Source: Acidimicrobiia bacterium (GTDB lineage Bacteria > Actinomycetota > Acidimicrobiia > Spongiisociales > UBA4744). Taken from it: DNA of 64,000 nucleotides. The notes beneath the pieces were generated by a model, which saw nothing but the letters and a program-made list of their open reading frames with translations, searched no databases and was not told the DNA's origin. Numbering within the stretch: the stretch's first letter is position 1; the number at the start of each line of letters is the position of its first letter. Both the position numbers and the translations under genes were made by a program. The DNA lies in the NCBI GenBank assembly GCA_029863625.1, contig JAOTUY010000005.1, positions 1,495-65,494 on the forward strand, read 5' to 3'. This document shows, piece after piece, positions 54,843 to 64,000 of the stretch.

Positions 54843-55487
54843 TCAGTCAACGAACATGACGTTGAACACGATCACCGTCCCGATCACCCACGACGAGTAG
54901 AGCAGGGGCAATTCGATCAGGTCCAGCCAAGGCTTGTCGAGGTAGAGGCGACGAATGCCCCACAGGGTCGTGGCCCCTAGCAGCAACGTGGCGGTCAGAC
55001 CGGCAACGCCGGTGGCCACCAGGACGTCGTTGGCGATGCCAAAAATGGACGGGAGGTCTTCGAGGTACGGCTCGATGAACCTTCCGACGAACAGGAGAAG
55101 GCCACCCACCAGAAGAAGCGAACCGGCTCGAATCAGGAGCATCTCGATCTCTGTACCGGTGCGGGTTCGTAAAGCTCGGATCGGGCCCTCGACCGCCACT
55201 CCGAGCGCAAATGCGCCGAACACGGCGATGACCAGACCGGATCCCAGCATCTCTCCGGTCGACTTGGTCAAACCGACCTCCAAGATCTCAAACCCGTCGA
55301 GGAGCACAACGATGGCGAGAGATACCAGGGCCGTGCCCACCACCAGCAGACCCACGTCAAGAGTCGTGCCGGTTATGCGCCGGAACAGGCGGAACAGACG
55401 CTTGGCGTCGGGTTCGGCTTCTTCCTTGATCGTGACCTGCGGATCGTCCACGGTCCCCAACTCCTGGAGGTCGCTTGCGGTCGGCAC
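54843..55487 (-). CDS. hypothetical integral membrane protein
   Basis: 214 aa with five hydrophobic helices and no motif recognised. Confidence 0.5.
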   Translation of the reverse strand: MPTASDLQELGTVDDPQVTIKEEAEPDAKRLFRLFRRITGTTLDVGLLVVGTALVSLAIVVLLDGFEILEVGLTKSTGEMLGSGLVIAVFGAFALGVAVEGPIRALRTRTGTEIEMLLIRAGSLLLVGGLLLFVGRFIEPYLEDLPSIFGIANDVLVATGVAGLTATLLLGATTLWGIRRLYLDKPWLDLIELPLLYSSWVIGTVIVFNVMFVD

Positions 55488-55490
55488 AGC

Positions 55491-56750
55491 CTACTCCCCT
55501 CGAGAGTCCGTGCCGGGACCCAGGGTTTCGTTCTCTCGCACCGCATCCCAGTAAAGCTCAACCGGATGCGCGACGCTATACCAATTCTCGAGATGGGCAC
55601 GCACTTGCATCTCACACCCGGGGTTCGCCGAAGCCACTACGGTCGACCCGGTCACCCGAATCTGGGCTGCCTTGTTCTCGCCCAGCTCGTTCGATGTCTC
55701 GGGGAACAGCATGGAGTAGAGGCCGGCCGCACCGCAACACTGATCGTCGGTCAGGTCAACAGGTTGGTAACCCGCCGCGGCAACGATGACCCGCGGAGCG
55801 TCGACGATACGCTGAGCGTGCCGAAGATGGCACGGATCTTGCACGGCAACGGCACCCCGGTTCATCGACAGCTTGGGAAGCCGACCATCGGCGATGGCCG
55901 CGGCGACGACCTCGGTGACATCTCGGGCACGATCGGCGAGGATCGCCCCTCCATCTCCCGCCCACTCGGCGTACTCCTTGAGGTGGGCACTGCAACCGGC
56001 AGCATTGCTGATGACCAGATCGACGGCCTGCAGGGCTCGAACGTTCCGGACGGCCAGCCGGCGGGCCCGCCTGGTATCTCCATCGTGGGCAGCGAGAGCT
56101 CCACAGCAGGTCTGAGTGGTGGGAACGACGACCCGGTACCCGGCTCTTTTCAGCAGTTCGATGGTGGCTTCATGGACCCCACCGAACCAGGGATCCATAA
56201 CGCAACCGGCCAGAAGGGCGGCGGTGCCCCGCTCTTCGCCCTGCGCCAGATGGACGGCCCCGCGAATCGTCGGAGGAGTAGACGGCACGTCCCTCATTCC
56301 GGCCAGGCTCGACCTCAAGGCGGAGGGCACGATACGCAAGGCGCCCGATCGGCGGGCGAGACCGATAGCTCTTGTCGCCAGCCGCAAAAGCACCGGAGTC
56401 GAAACCAACCGTCCCAGGAGAGCATGGCGGGTCCGTCGAACAGGGTCGGGCCGCTGAGCCGTCAACTCCGCCCGGGCCCCTTCCATCGCCCGGCCGAACG
56501 GGACCAGTGAGGGACAGGCCGCCTCACATGCCCGGCACTGCAGACAGAACGACATCATGTCCTCGAAGGCGTCATCGATGGGGACCAGATCACCAGCCAC
56601 GGCTCGCATGGCGGCGATTCGTCCCCGCGGAGAAGCGGTCTCATCGCCGGTCAGTCGATAGGTTGGGCAATGTGGCAGACACAAACCGCAGTCAACACAT
56701 GCGCTGAGCTCAGCGGGCCGCGGAGCTTCTGCCGTGACCCAACCCATCAC
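55491..56750 (-). CDS. glcF: (Fe-S)-binding protein, glycolate oxidase iron-sulfur subunit GlcF-like
   Basis: Two 4Fe-4S ferredoxin motifs (CVDCGLCLPHCP, CLQCRACEAACP) and C-terminal CCG domains. An ATGA overlap links it to the upstream glcE-like gene. Confidence 0.8.
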   Translation of the reverse strand: MMGWVTAEAPRPAELSACVDCGLCLPHCPTYRLTGDETASPRGRIAAMRAVAGDLVPIDDAFEDMMSFCLQCRACEAACPSLVPFGRAMEGARAELTAQRPDPVRRTRHALLGRLVSTPVLLRLATRAIGLARRSGALRIVPSALRSSLAGMRDVPSTPPTIRGAVHLAQGEERGTAALLAGCVMDPWFGGVHEATIELLKRAGYRVVVPTTQTCCGALAAHDGDTRRARRLAVRNVRALQAVDLVISNAAGCSAHLKEYAEWAGDGGAILADRARDVTEVVAAAIADGRLPKLSMNRGAVAVQDPCHLRHAQRIVDAPRVIVAAAGYQPVDLTDDQCCGAAGLYSMLFPETSNELGENKAAQIRVTGSTVVASANPGCEMQVRAHLENWYSVAHPVELYWDAVRENETLGPGTDSRGE

Positions 56751-57865
56751 AGACCCCCCGGCAACCGACCCGGGTTGACAATCCGGTCCGGATCGAACCG
56801 AGCCACTAAACGACGCTGCAAATCCAGGCCGGGCGGAGCGGTGCCCCAGGCGTCAAAGGCGTCGTACACCTCTGCGGGCGCGTTCGTAAGCACCAGAGCA
56901 CCGCCGCGACTCTCAACCCAGCGGCGAAGCGCTCGTAGGGTCTCCGCGTCGAAATCCCGTACACCGATCCGAACCTCGCCGACCCCCGGCAACGCCTGGT
57001 AGCTCCAGGATGACGGTATATGTCCCAGGATCTCCGGCAACAGCCGCGGGGCGAGGCGCAGAGACAGGCCAACCGATCCTTCAAGTGGGCCGGGCCACAA
57101 CCACTCATCTTCATGACTACCACCCAACTCAGCTGTTCGCGCCTCAACCTCGGCGGAGGTCCCGGCGAGGTAGACCCGCACCTGATGGCGCGCTTCGATG
57201 ACGGCCAGGGGCCGATACCCATAGCCAGGTTGACGATTGACCAGTGTCACCGTCCGCCGTGCCTCCGAGAGTGGCCACAGCTTGAGACACACCCGTCCAA
57301 TCAGCCCAAGCGAGCCAAACGAACCGGCTACAAACCGGGGGAGGTCATACCCGGTAACGTTCTTGACGACCCTTCCACCACCCCGCACGATCCGCCCATC
57401 GCCGGTCACCAGGTCGACTTCCAGCATCCGGTCCCGGGTCGGCCCGTACCGCAGACGCCGGAACCCTGAGATTCCGGCCGCTACTACACCGCCGACTGTT
57501 GCACCTCCGGGGACTTCCGGGAGCACAGCCGTTTGGTCGCGCTCGGCCAGTCGATCTTCGAGGTCTCTGACTCGCACCCCGGCCTCGACGACAACGGTTA
57601 GGTCATCCGGTTGCCAGTCGACGATCGAATTCAGTCGAGCGGTCGAGAGCACGATGGCCGGGTCCACCCGTCCCCCCATACCCTGATGGGTACCTCCACC
57701 CCAGACCAGTACCGGCAGAGAGTGTGCTGAGGCCGCCCCGAGAACCTCAGCAGCGTCAGCGAGAGTGGCGGGTGCGACCACCACCGCCTCGTCGGGAACC
57801 CCTTCGATCGGATCCGACAGGAAGGCGGCCAGACGGCGCTGTAGCGCCGATCTCAGCGAGGTCAT
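56747..57865 (-). CDS. glcE: FAD-binding oxidoreductase, glycolate oxidase subunit GlcE-like
   Basis: FAD-binding PCMH domain. The start is taken at MTSLRS, which overlaps the glcD stop as ATGA. The annotated longer ORF overlaps glcD by 46 nt. Confidence 0.75.
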   Translation of the reverse strand: MTSLRSALQRRLAAFLSDPIEGVPDEAVVVAPATLADAAEVLGAASAHSLPVLVWGGGTHQGMGGRVDPAIVLSTARLNSIVDWQPDDLTVVVEAGVRVRDLEDRLAERDQTAVLPEVPGGATVGGVVAAGISGFRRLRYGPTRDRMLEVDLVTGDGRIVRGGGRVVKNVTGYDLPRFVAGSFGSLGLIGRVCLKLWPLSEARRTVTLVNRQPGYGYRPLAVIEARHQVRVYLAGTSAEVEARTAELGGSHEDEWLWPGPLEGSVGLSLRLAPRLLPEILGHIPSSWSYQALPGVGEVRIGVRDFDAETLRALRRWVESRGGALVLTNAPAEVYDAFDAWGTAPPGLDLQRRLVARFDPDRIVNPGRLPGGL

Positions 57866-59325
57866 ATCCAGGTTCCCTCGGGAATCGGCCGTCCCAGGTC
57901 GAAACATCGTGATCCGGTCGGGAGCACTTTGTCGGGGTTGAACAGCTTGTTGGGATCGAAGGCTTCGACCAACCGGGCCTGGGCGTCCAGATCAACCTCG
58001 GAAAAGACGAGCGGCATGAGGTCGCGTTTCTCCAACCCGATACCGTGCTCTCCGGACAGGGAGCCGCCCGCCTCAACGCATACCCTGGCCACTTCATCGG
58101 CGGCTGCGTGGACTCTATCCAGCACGCCTTCCTCCGAAGCATCGAAGGCCATCAGCGGGTGAAGGTTGCCATCACCGGCATGAAATACGTTCATGATCGC
58201 CAGGTCGTAGCGATCGGCGATCTCGTACACCTTGACCAGCACATCCACCAATTTGGTGCGCGGCACCACGGTGTCATGGAGGTAGTAGTCGGGGGCCAAT
58301 TGGGCCACCGCCCCGAAAGCCGCCTTGCGACCCTTCCACAGCAGGTCGCGCTCAGCTTGATCGGCAGCCACCCGGATCTGAGTGGCGTGGTTGGACTCGG
58401 CGACCGTCCGAACCAATTCCGCTTCTGCAGTGACCGCAGCAGGGTGACCGGTGACTTCGGCCAGCAGCACGGCTGCGGCATCAGTCGGAAAACCCGCTCC
58501 CACAAACCGCTCCACGGCGATGGTCATCGGCTGATCCATCATTTCCAGGGCGGCCGGAACGATCCCCGCGGCAATGATCCCGGACACGGTGGCCGCCGCA
58601 TCCTCAACGCGCTCGTACGCGGCAAGCAGCGTGCGAGCGGCCGGAGGGTTGGGAGTCAGCTTGACGAGCGCCCGGGTCACGATGCCCAGCGTGCCTTCCG
58701 ATCCGACCACGATCCCCCGCACATCCAGTCCAATCGGGTCGGGAGCGTCGCCGCCCAGCATCAGTACCTCACCTGTGGCGTTCACCATTTCAACAGCCAG
58801 CACGTGGTTGACGGTCGAGCCCTCGGCCAGGCAGTGAGGACCTCCGCTGTTGTTGGCTACGTTGCCGCCGATGGTGCAGGCTGCCTGGGACGAGGGGTCG
58901 GGCGCAAAGTGCAGGCCGAAAGGAGCCGTGTGCTCGCTGAGGTCGAGGTTGAGCACCCCGGCACCGACCCACGCCGTACGGCTCTCGGTATCAACCTCGA
59001 TCTCCGTCAGCCGGGTCAACGAGACGACGACCGAGGGACTAGTCGGGACTGCACCGCCGGCTAGGCCCGTCCCGGCACCGCGGGGCACCACGGGGATCTC
59101 ATGGCGCGCCGCGATCCGAACGATCTCGGCCACCTCGCCGACCGTCGCCGGAAGGGTCACGACGGCCACGTCACCGCGTCTGATGCCACCATCCTTGCCG
59201 TACACGTGCCTGCGGAGCGGGTCGGACAGAACCCGTTCCTCACCCAAGAGATCTTTCAGCTCACGAACCAACGTCACATGCCACACGCTAGCCATTACCG
59301 GTTGGGCTCTTGAAAAGGGGATCAT
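57862..59325 (-). CDS. glcD: FAD-linked oxidase, glycolate oxidase subunit GlcD-like
   Basis: FAD-binding PCMH domain (RGAGTGLAGGAVP) and a C-terminal FAD-oxidase_C domain (HAGDGNLH). 487 aa. Confidence 0.85.
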   Translation of the reverse strand: MIPFSRAQPVMASVWHVTLVRELKDLLGEERVLSDPLRRHVYGKDGGIRRGDVAVVTLPATVGEVAEIVRIAARHEIPVVPRGAGTGLAGGAVPTSPSVVVSLTRLTEIEVDTESRTAWVGAGVLNLDLSEHTAPFGLHFAPDPSSQAACTIGGNVANNSGGPHCLAEGSTVNHVLAVEMVNATGEVLMLGGDAPDPIGLDVRGIVVGSEGTLGIVTRALVKLTPNPPAARTLLAAYERVEDAAATVSGIIAAGIVPAALEMMDQPMTIAVERFVGAGFPTDAAAVLLAEVTGHPAAVTAEAELVRTVAESNHATQIRVAADQAERDLLWKGRKAAFGAVAQLAPDYYLHDTVVPRTKLVDVLVKVYEIADRYDLAIMNVFHAGDGNLHPLMAFDASEEGVLDRVHAAADEVARVCVEAGGSLSGEHGIGLEKRDLMPLVFSEVDLDAQARLVEAFDPNKLFNPDKVLPTGSRCFDLGRPIPEGTWI

Positions 59326-59376
59326 GCGCCATCCCGAGACGATACGATTCGGCTCCCTATTTCGAGGAGTCTCCAG

Positions 59377-59610
59377 GTGGACGTCGGTTTGCTTGGCATC
59401 CTGGTGTTGGTCATCGCCTTGACGCTATTCATCTTTCACATCTGGGCGCTCATCGATGTGCTCAGCACTCCCACCAGCGTCTGGACTGCCGCAGATCAGA
59501 ACCAGATCCTGTAGGCCCTCATGGTCCTGGTCCTCTCCTTCATCGGACCGATCCTGTACCTCGCGATCGCCAGGCCCCAACTGGTCGCGGCCCGCTCTCG
59601 AACCGTCTGA
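59377..59610 (+). pseudogene. PLDc_N-family small membrane protein gene interrupted by an in-frame TAG
   Basis: GTG start after gaggag. The sequence VDVGLLGILVLVIALTLFIFHIWALIDVLSTPTSVWTAADQNQIL-*-ALMVLVLSFIGPILYLAIARPQL... has a TAG at 59512-59514 exactly where PLDc_N proteins carry a conserved Trp (TGG), in the motif hWAhhDhh...WhhhhhhhPhhGxhhYhhhxR. The frame stays open to the TGA at 59608-59610. Confidence 0.5.
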
Positions 59611-59780
59611 CTTCGACTTGCCCCGCCTTGAGGTGCGCCAGAACCGGATCGACTTTAAGGTTTTCGCGGCACTAGTTTGGTCTCGTACTCAACGGGTAAC
59701 TCATCGGCCCCGTTGGAGGTCTGAACTCCAACCAAAGACCGGGACGACATGCAACAAATTCTTTACGACGGGATCGGCTC

Positions 59781-61559
59781 GTGAAGACAGTTCACGAATT
59801 CCACATACCCGTCATGGGTACCGGGTTCACCATCGACACCCCGCTCAAAGTGGCCCGCTTTGGGATTGATTCCGTTATTCAGATCGTCGACGACGTACTC
59901 ATCGAACAAATGAGGCAGGTCCATAGCGAGCGGGCCGGAGAGCCGTACCGAGAAATCACCGACGACGATGACGATGCTCGAGCCAACCGGATCACGGCAT
60001 ACCTGAATCTGATCCACCTGCTCGTCCAGCGCCAGATGGAAGTCGTGAAAGGACTTCCATTCGAGACGGACACCGACCTCACCCGCTACTTCGAAATGCT
60101 GCCGGAAGGCCCACTCAAGGGCTCGTATCGACAGATGTTGGCCGCCGAGGACGACCGGCGGGCGGCGCTGGAAGCCGCCCTGCGGCGGCAGGTGGTACCG
60201 GGGTCGATCGATGTCAACATCATGACCAAACTGGACCGCGATACGTATCTTGGCAAAAGAAAACGCCCCCCCGAATTCAGTGACGCGCTGTCGGGTCTGC
60301 GGGGCTTCGCCAGAAGCAACCTACGGTCGGCGGTGGTGTTCTCGGCAGGCCTGAACCCTCGTCTGTTCGGTTACCTCACCGAGTTCAGCGACTTCTTCCC
60401 GGATGAGTATGGCGAACTCCGCAAGCGAATCATCCTCAAAGTGAGCGACTACCGCTCCGCGTTCGTGCAAGGCAAGTACCTCGCCAAACGCGGGCTGTGG
60501 GTCTCGGAGTACCGGGTCGAGTCCGGCCTCAATTGTGGTGGGCATACGTTCCCGACCACCGGCCAATTGATGGGCCCGATTCTGGAAGAGTTTTGCGCCA
60601 GGCGGTCTGAACTGATCGAGACCCTCCACACGATTACCAACGAGGCCCTCATCGCCGTCGGCCGCTCATCACTGGATCGCCCCCTCCCCATGCGGATTAC
60701 TGCCCAGGGCGGTATCGGAACGAACAACGAGCATAGGCTGCTGCTCGACCATTTCGAGCTGGATGCGACAGGGTGGGCCACTCCTTTCCTCCTGGTTCCT
60801 GAGGTGACCAATGTCGATGACTCGCACCGCGAGATGCTCCTCGAAGCGGTCGGCGATGATGTGGAGCTGAGCGACGCCTCCCCCTTCGGGATTCCCTTCT
60901 GGAACCTTCGCAATTCGGCCAGCGACCTTCTCCGACGGGCCCGGATAGCGATCGGCAAACCGGGCAGTCCGTGTCCGAAGGGCTACCTCGCGTTGCACAA
61001 CACCGAGTTCTCCGAGGTACCAATTTGCACGGCGTCCCGCAAGTACGTAGTCCAGAAGCTCGCCCACCTGGAAGAGGAGGGATACACACCCGAGCAGCGG
61101 GCGATGGTGGAGGAAGACGTGCTAGCCAAGACCTGCCTGTGCCGTGACCTGGCCGGTGGCGCGGAACTCAACTCCGGCCTCAACGACGAAGCGGCGACGG
61201 CTGTGTGTACCGGTCCCAACATCGTCAATTTCTCCAAGGTGGCGACCCTCCGGGAGATGGTCGACCACATATACGGCCGTATCTCCCTGCTCACCAACCC
61301 GGATCGCCCCCACATGTTCATCCGGGAGATCGAGTTGTATGTCGACTATGTGGGGAAGGAATTCCGGCGTTTCGCCCTCGGGCTCTCGGCCCGAAAAGAG
61401 AGCTACTTCAGTGAAGTCAAGGAGAACCTTAGGTCTGGAGTTGAGTACTACATGGGTCTGATCGACCGTCTCCCCACGCCCGACCGAGCGCTGTTCGAGG
61501 ATCAGCTGGAGGGTCTGCGCCACGCCGTTCAGCAGATCGGCGCACTGGCTCCCGTCTAA
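59781..61559 (+). CDS. hypothetical conserved protein (possibly an FMN-dependent NMO/PfaD-like TIM-barrel oxidoreductase)
   Basis: 592-aa ORF with clean coding composition. There are weak motif resemblances to the nitronate monooxygenase/PfaD enoyl-reductase family: an N-terminal HIPVMGTGF, a mid-protein ESGLNCGGHTF (compare EADxGGHT) and a C-terminal ITAQGGIGT (compare IAAGGI). This is not a confident assignment. Confidence 0.5.
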   Translation: MKTVHEFHIPVMGTGFTIDTPLKVARFGIDSVIQIVDDVLIEQMRQVHSERAGEPYREITDDDDDARANRITAYLNLIHLLVQRQMEVVKGLPFETDTDLTRYFEMLPEGPLKGSYRQMLAAEDDRRAALEAALRRQVVPGSIDVNIMTKLDRDTYLGKRKRPPEFSDALSGLRGFARSNLRSAVVFSAGLNPRLFGYLTEFSDFFPDEYGELRKRIILKVSDYRSAFVQGKYLAKRGLWVSEYRVESGLNCGGHTFPTTGQLMGPILEEFCARRSELIETLHTITNEALIAVGRSSLDRPLPMRITAQGGIGTNNEHRLLLDHFELDATGWATPFLLVPEVTNVDDSHREMLLEAVGDDVELSDASPFGIPFWNLRNSASDLLRRARIAIGKPGSPCPKGYLALHNTEFSEVPICTASRKYVVQKLAHLEEEGYTPEQRAMVEEDVLAKTCLCRDLAGGAELNSGLNDEAATAVCTGPNIVNFSKVATLREMVDHIYGRISLLTNPDRPHMFIREIELYVDYVGKEFRRFALGLSARKESYFSEVKENLRSGVEYYMGLIDRLPTPDRALFEDQLEGLRHAVQQIGALAPV

Positions 61560-61616
61560 AGCGGGTTTTGGCGCCTATCTTGCCCGCTGTGCAAGGAAGA
61601 TAGGCGCCAAAACGAG

Positions 61617-63155
61617 TCAGGGAGCTCCCCAACCCCCGCCTCCCGGGGTTCTCACCAGTAACCGATCGCCCGGTACCACGTCGAAGGTGGCCTTCCCGGG
61701 GACTCGCTCGGGTACCGCTCCGGCCCGGGTCAGCCAATCCTCCCCGCATTCTCCCGGCGCTCCGCCCGCCAGGCCCCACGGCGGCACCACCCGACGCTCC
61801 CCCATGAGGGAAACGGTGGCCGGAGCTAGGAACTCGATCTCGCGTTCGATGCCTTCCCCACCCGGATAGCGGCCGGCGCCCCCACTGCCTCGTCGGAGCT
61901 CGTAGCGGACAACCCGGAAGGGATAGTGGGTCTCGAGCGCCTCGATCGGAGTGTTCTTGGTATTGGTCATACCGGTGTGTATGCCCGATTGGCCCGGCTT
62001 GCCGGGGCGCCCACCCTGTCCACCGGCGAGAGTCTCGTAGTAGGCAAATTCCTCAGAACCGATCAGCACGTTGTTCATCGTGCCCTGCGATGCGGCCGGC
62101 ACCCGGTCTGGAGCAGCTTGGGCGAGTGCCCCGAGCAACACGTCGGCGATCCGCTGGCTGGTCTCAACATTGCCGGCTGCCACCGCCGCCGGCGGTCGGG
62201 CGTTGATCAACGAACCGGAGGGGACCGTGAGCGAAAGAGGTCGGTAGCAACCTCCGTTGGCCGGGATGGTCGGATCCGTTGCCACCCGGACCGCGTAGTA
62301 GAGACACGAGCGGGTCACGGCTTCAACGGCGTTGATATTTCCCTCGATCTGGTCGGTGGTGCCCGTGAAATCGGCCAACAAAGCCCCACCGTCGATGGTC
62401 ACGGTGACCCGGATCGGCAGGAGGCATCCCTTCCATTCCATCACGTCTTCGAACTGTGAGGTCCCGTCCGGAAGGGCGGTGATAGCGGCGACCGTCCGTC
62501 GCTCGCCGTACGCCAGAAGCGCCTCAGTGACCCGCGAATAGGCATCGAGTCCCTCCCGATCGGCCAATCCCGCCAACCTCCGGGCCCCGACCTCGTTGGC
62601 GCCAAGCTGGGCGGACAGGTCTCCCAACCGTTCGGTCGGCGTGCGAGTCGCCGCCAGGAATGGCTCAACGAAACTCTTCAACCATTCCCCATTTCGAACC
62701 GCAGCCATCGGGGCTACCAAGTGACCCTCCTGATCGATGGTCGTGGCGTGCGCAGGCATCGATCCGGGAGCCTCGCCACCGACATCGGCATGATGAGCGC
62801 GATTGGCCACCCAACCGACCAAGTCATCTCCCAGGTGCACCGGGCGGACCAGCGTGAGATCGTTGAGATGGGTTCCCCCGTGGTACGGGTCGTTGACGGC
62901 GTACTGGACTCCGGGTTCCAGATCGATATGCTCGAGCACGGCCGCCACCGAGGCGGGCATCGAGCCGAGGTGCACCGGGATGTGCTCCGCCTGGGCGAGC
63001 ATCTCCCCGTTCTCAACGAACGCCGCCGCCGAACAGTCGGACCGTTCCTTGATGTTGGGCGAATACGCCGTTCGGCGCAGCACTGCGCCCATTTCATCCG
63101 CAACAGAAGCGAATTCGTTGCGCGCCACTTCGAGCGTGATGGGATCAACGGTCAC
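61617..63155 (-). CDS. hyuB: hydantoinase B / 5-oxoprolinase family protein
   Basis: DPITLEVARNEFASVADEMGAVLRRTAYSPNIKERSDCSAA...VNDPYHGGTHLND is the canonical HyuB N-terminus. 512 aa. Confidence 0.85.
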   Translation of the reverse strand: MTVDPITLEVARNEFASVADEMGAVLRRTAYSPNIKERSDCSAAAFVENGEMLAQAEHIPVHLGSMPASVAAVLEHIDLEPGVQYAVNDPYHGGTHLNDLTLVRPVHLGDDLVGWVANRAHHADVGGEAPGSMPAHATTIDQEGHLVAPMAAVRNGEWLKSFVEPFLAATRTPTERLGDLSAQLGANEVGARRLAGLADREGLDAYSRVTEALLAYGERRTVAAITALPDGTSQFEDVMEWKGCLLPIRVTVTIDGGALLADFTGTTDQIEGNINAVEAVTRSCLYYAVRVATDPTIPANGGCYRPLSLTVPSGSLINARPPAAVAAGNVETSQRIADVLLGALAQAAPDRVPAASQGTMNNVLIGSEEFAYYETLAGGQGGRPGKPGQSGIHTGMTNTKNTPIEALETHYPFRVVRYELRRGSGGAGRYPGGEGIEREIEFLAPATVSLMGERRVVPPWGLAGGAPGECGEDWLTRAGAVPERVPGKATFDVVPGDRLLVRTPGGGGWGAP

Positions 63156-64000
63156 CAGGTCACCTCTAAGGCACCAGACGGATGCACCGTCGTCCGCTCT
63201 CCCGGCTGCAAGTATGCCGTAGCCTCGGGCTCCTCGATGATCGCCGGACCTACCACCTCAGCTCCCGCGACCAAGGCAGGTCGCCACCAAACCGACGCTT
63301 CCTGCGGTCCTCTTCCGGTCAGCACTGTTCGGGTCCCACGCCGGGGCTCACCGGACGGTACGATCTCGGGCAGGTCCGACCACCTCATAGCCGGCTCGCC
63401 AATTGCCTCGGCCCGAGCCGCCACAACCTCGATAGGGTCGCCGGGCCGGGCGAACCCGTTGCGCTCATGATGCGCCTGGTGGAAGCGATCGGCGAGCACC
63501 TCCCACCTGTCACCCGGCTGATAGGTAACAGGCGTCTCATGAGACTGGCCGCGATACCGCACGTCGACCATGCTGCGGACTTCCACCGCCGACCGACCGG
63601 TCTCGGCGAGCATGTGCTCCCGGGCCCGGATGACCACCCCGGCGACCACATCGTCGATTCGATTGCCTTCGGTCATCAGCACACCCTGCACCATGTCGCT
63701 CCGGGGCGGACTGAGCAGCAGTCCCACCGCGCTGAAGACTCCGGCGTAAGGCGGGATCACCGCACCTCCCATTTCCAAGCGACGGGCGAGCGCGGTAGCG
63801 TGCATCCCACCGGCGCCGCCGAAGGCCACCAGGACAGCCTGGCGGGGGTCGGCACCCTCCTCAATCGAAACGGCCCGCACCGCCCTTTCCATATGCGCTT
63901 CGACCACATCGATCACGCCAAGCGCAGTGGCCCACGCATCAAGATTCAACCGCTCGGCCAGGCCGGCCAATGCTCGCTGCGTTGCGTCGGGGTCGAGCCG
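63152..64000 (-). CDS. hyuA: hydantoinase A / 5-oxoprolinase family protein, C-terminal part (gene continues beyond the window)
   Basis: The reading frame is open to the window end. AFGGAGGMHATALARRLEMGGAVIPPYAGVFSAVGLL is the HyuA C-terminal region. An ATGA overlap links it to hyuB. Confidence 0.8.
   Translation of the reverse strand, partial: RLDPDATQRALAGLAERLNLDAWATALGVIDVVEAHMERAVRAVSIEEGADPRQAVLVAFGGAGGMHATALARRLEMGGAVIPPYAGVFSAVGLLLSPPRSDMVQGVLMTEGNRIDDVVAGVVIRAREHMLAETGRSAVEVRSMVDVRYRGQSHETPVTYQPGDRWEVLADRFHQAHHERNGFARPGDPIEVVAARAEAIGEPAMRWSDLPEIVPSGEPRRGTRTVLTGRGPQEASVWWRPALVAGAEVVGPAIIEEPEATAYLQPGERTTVHPSGALEVTW

Noticed and set aside
62721-63470. 249-aa plus-strand ORF
   Set aside because: Antisense to hyuB and hyuA, whose family-typical N- and C-terminal motifs fix the real frame.

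Overview
This is a GC-rich chromosomal segment that looks actinobacterial (third codon positions are almost always G/C, and genes are dense on both strands). I can support about 60 protein-coding genes, two intact tRNAs (Asp-GUC and Phe-GAA), a truncated tRNA-Lys-like 3' fragment beside a Phd/ParE toxin-antitoxin pair at the left edge, and a clear TPP riboswitch in front of a thiBPQ-type ABC transporter. There are several operator-like palindromes upstream of TetR and ArsR regulators, and a 24-bp in-frame tandem repeat inside a cupredoxin lipoprotein gene. Housekeeping and metabolic blocks include fabH, argS, glycolate oxidase glcDEF, Leu/Val dehydrogenase with a fused E1 alpha-beta branched-chain keto-acid dehydrogenase, and hydantoinase hyuAB. 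The most unusual region is a signalling neighbourhood at about 5.7-17.8 kb. It holds a membrane histidine kinase, two paralogous single-domain CheY-like receivers, a 1320-aa protein with two class-III nucleotidyl-cyclase domains fused to a STAND ATPase and TPR region, and a secreted Ig-like protein. It also has two paralogous MBL-fold hydrolases flanking a stand-alone PAS protein, and an LtrA-like membrane protein. Other oddities are a PAP2-phosphatase/protein-kinase-like fusion translationally coupled to a lipoprotein, a PLDc_N-type small membrane gene interrupted by an in-frame amber codon at a conserved Trp, a roughly 50-bp palindromic repeat flanking a thioesterase gene, and degraded ORFs just after the tRNA-Phe gene. 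I saw no CRISPR array, rRNA, transposase or intact integrase. All calls rest on reading the translated ORFs and the DNA by eye; no database search was run.
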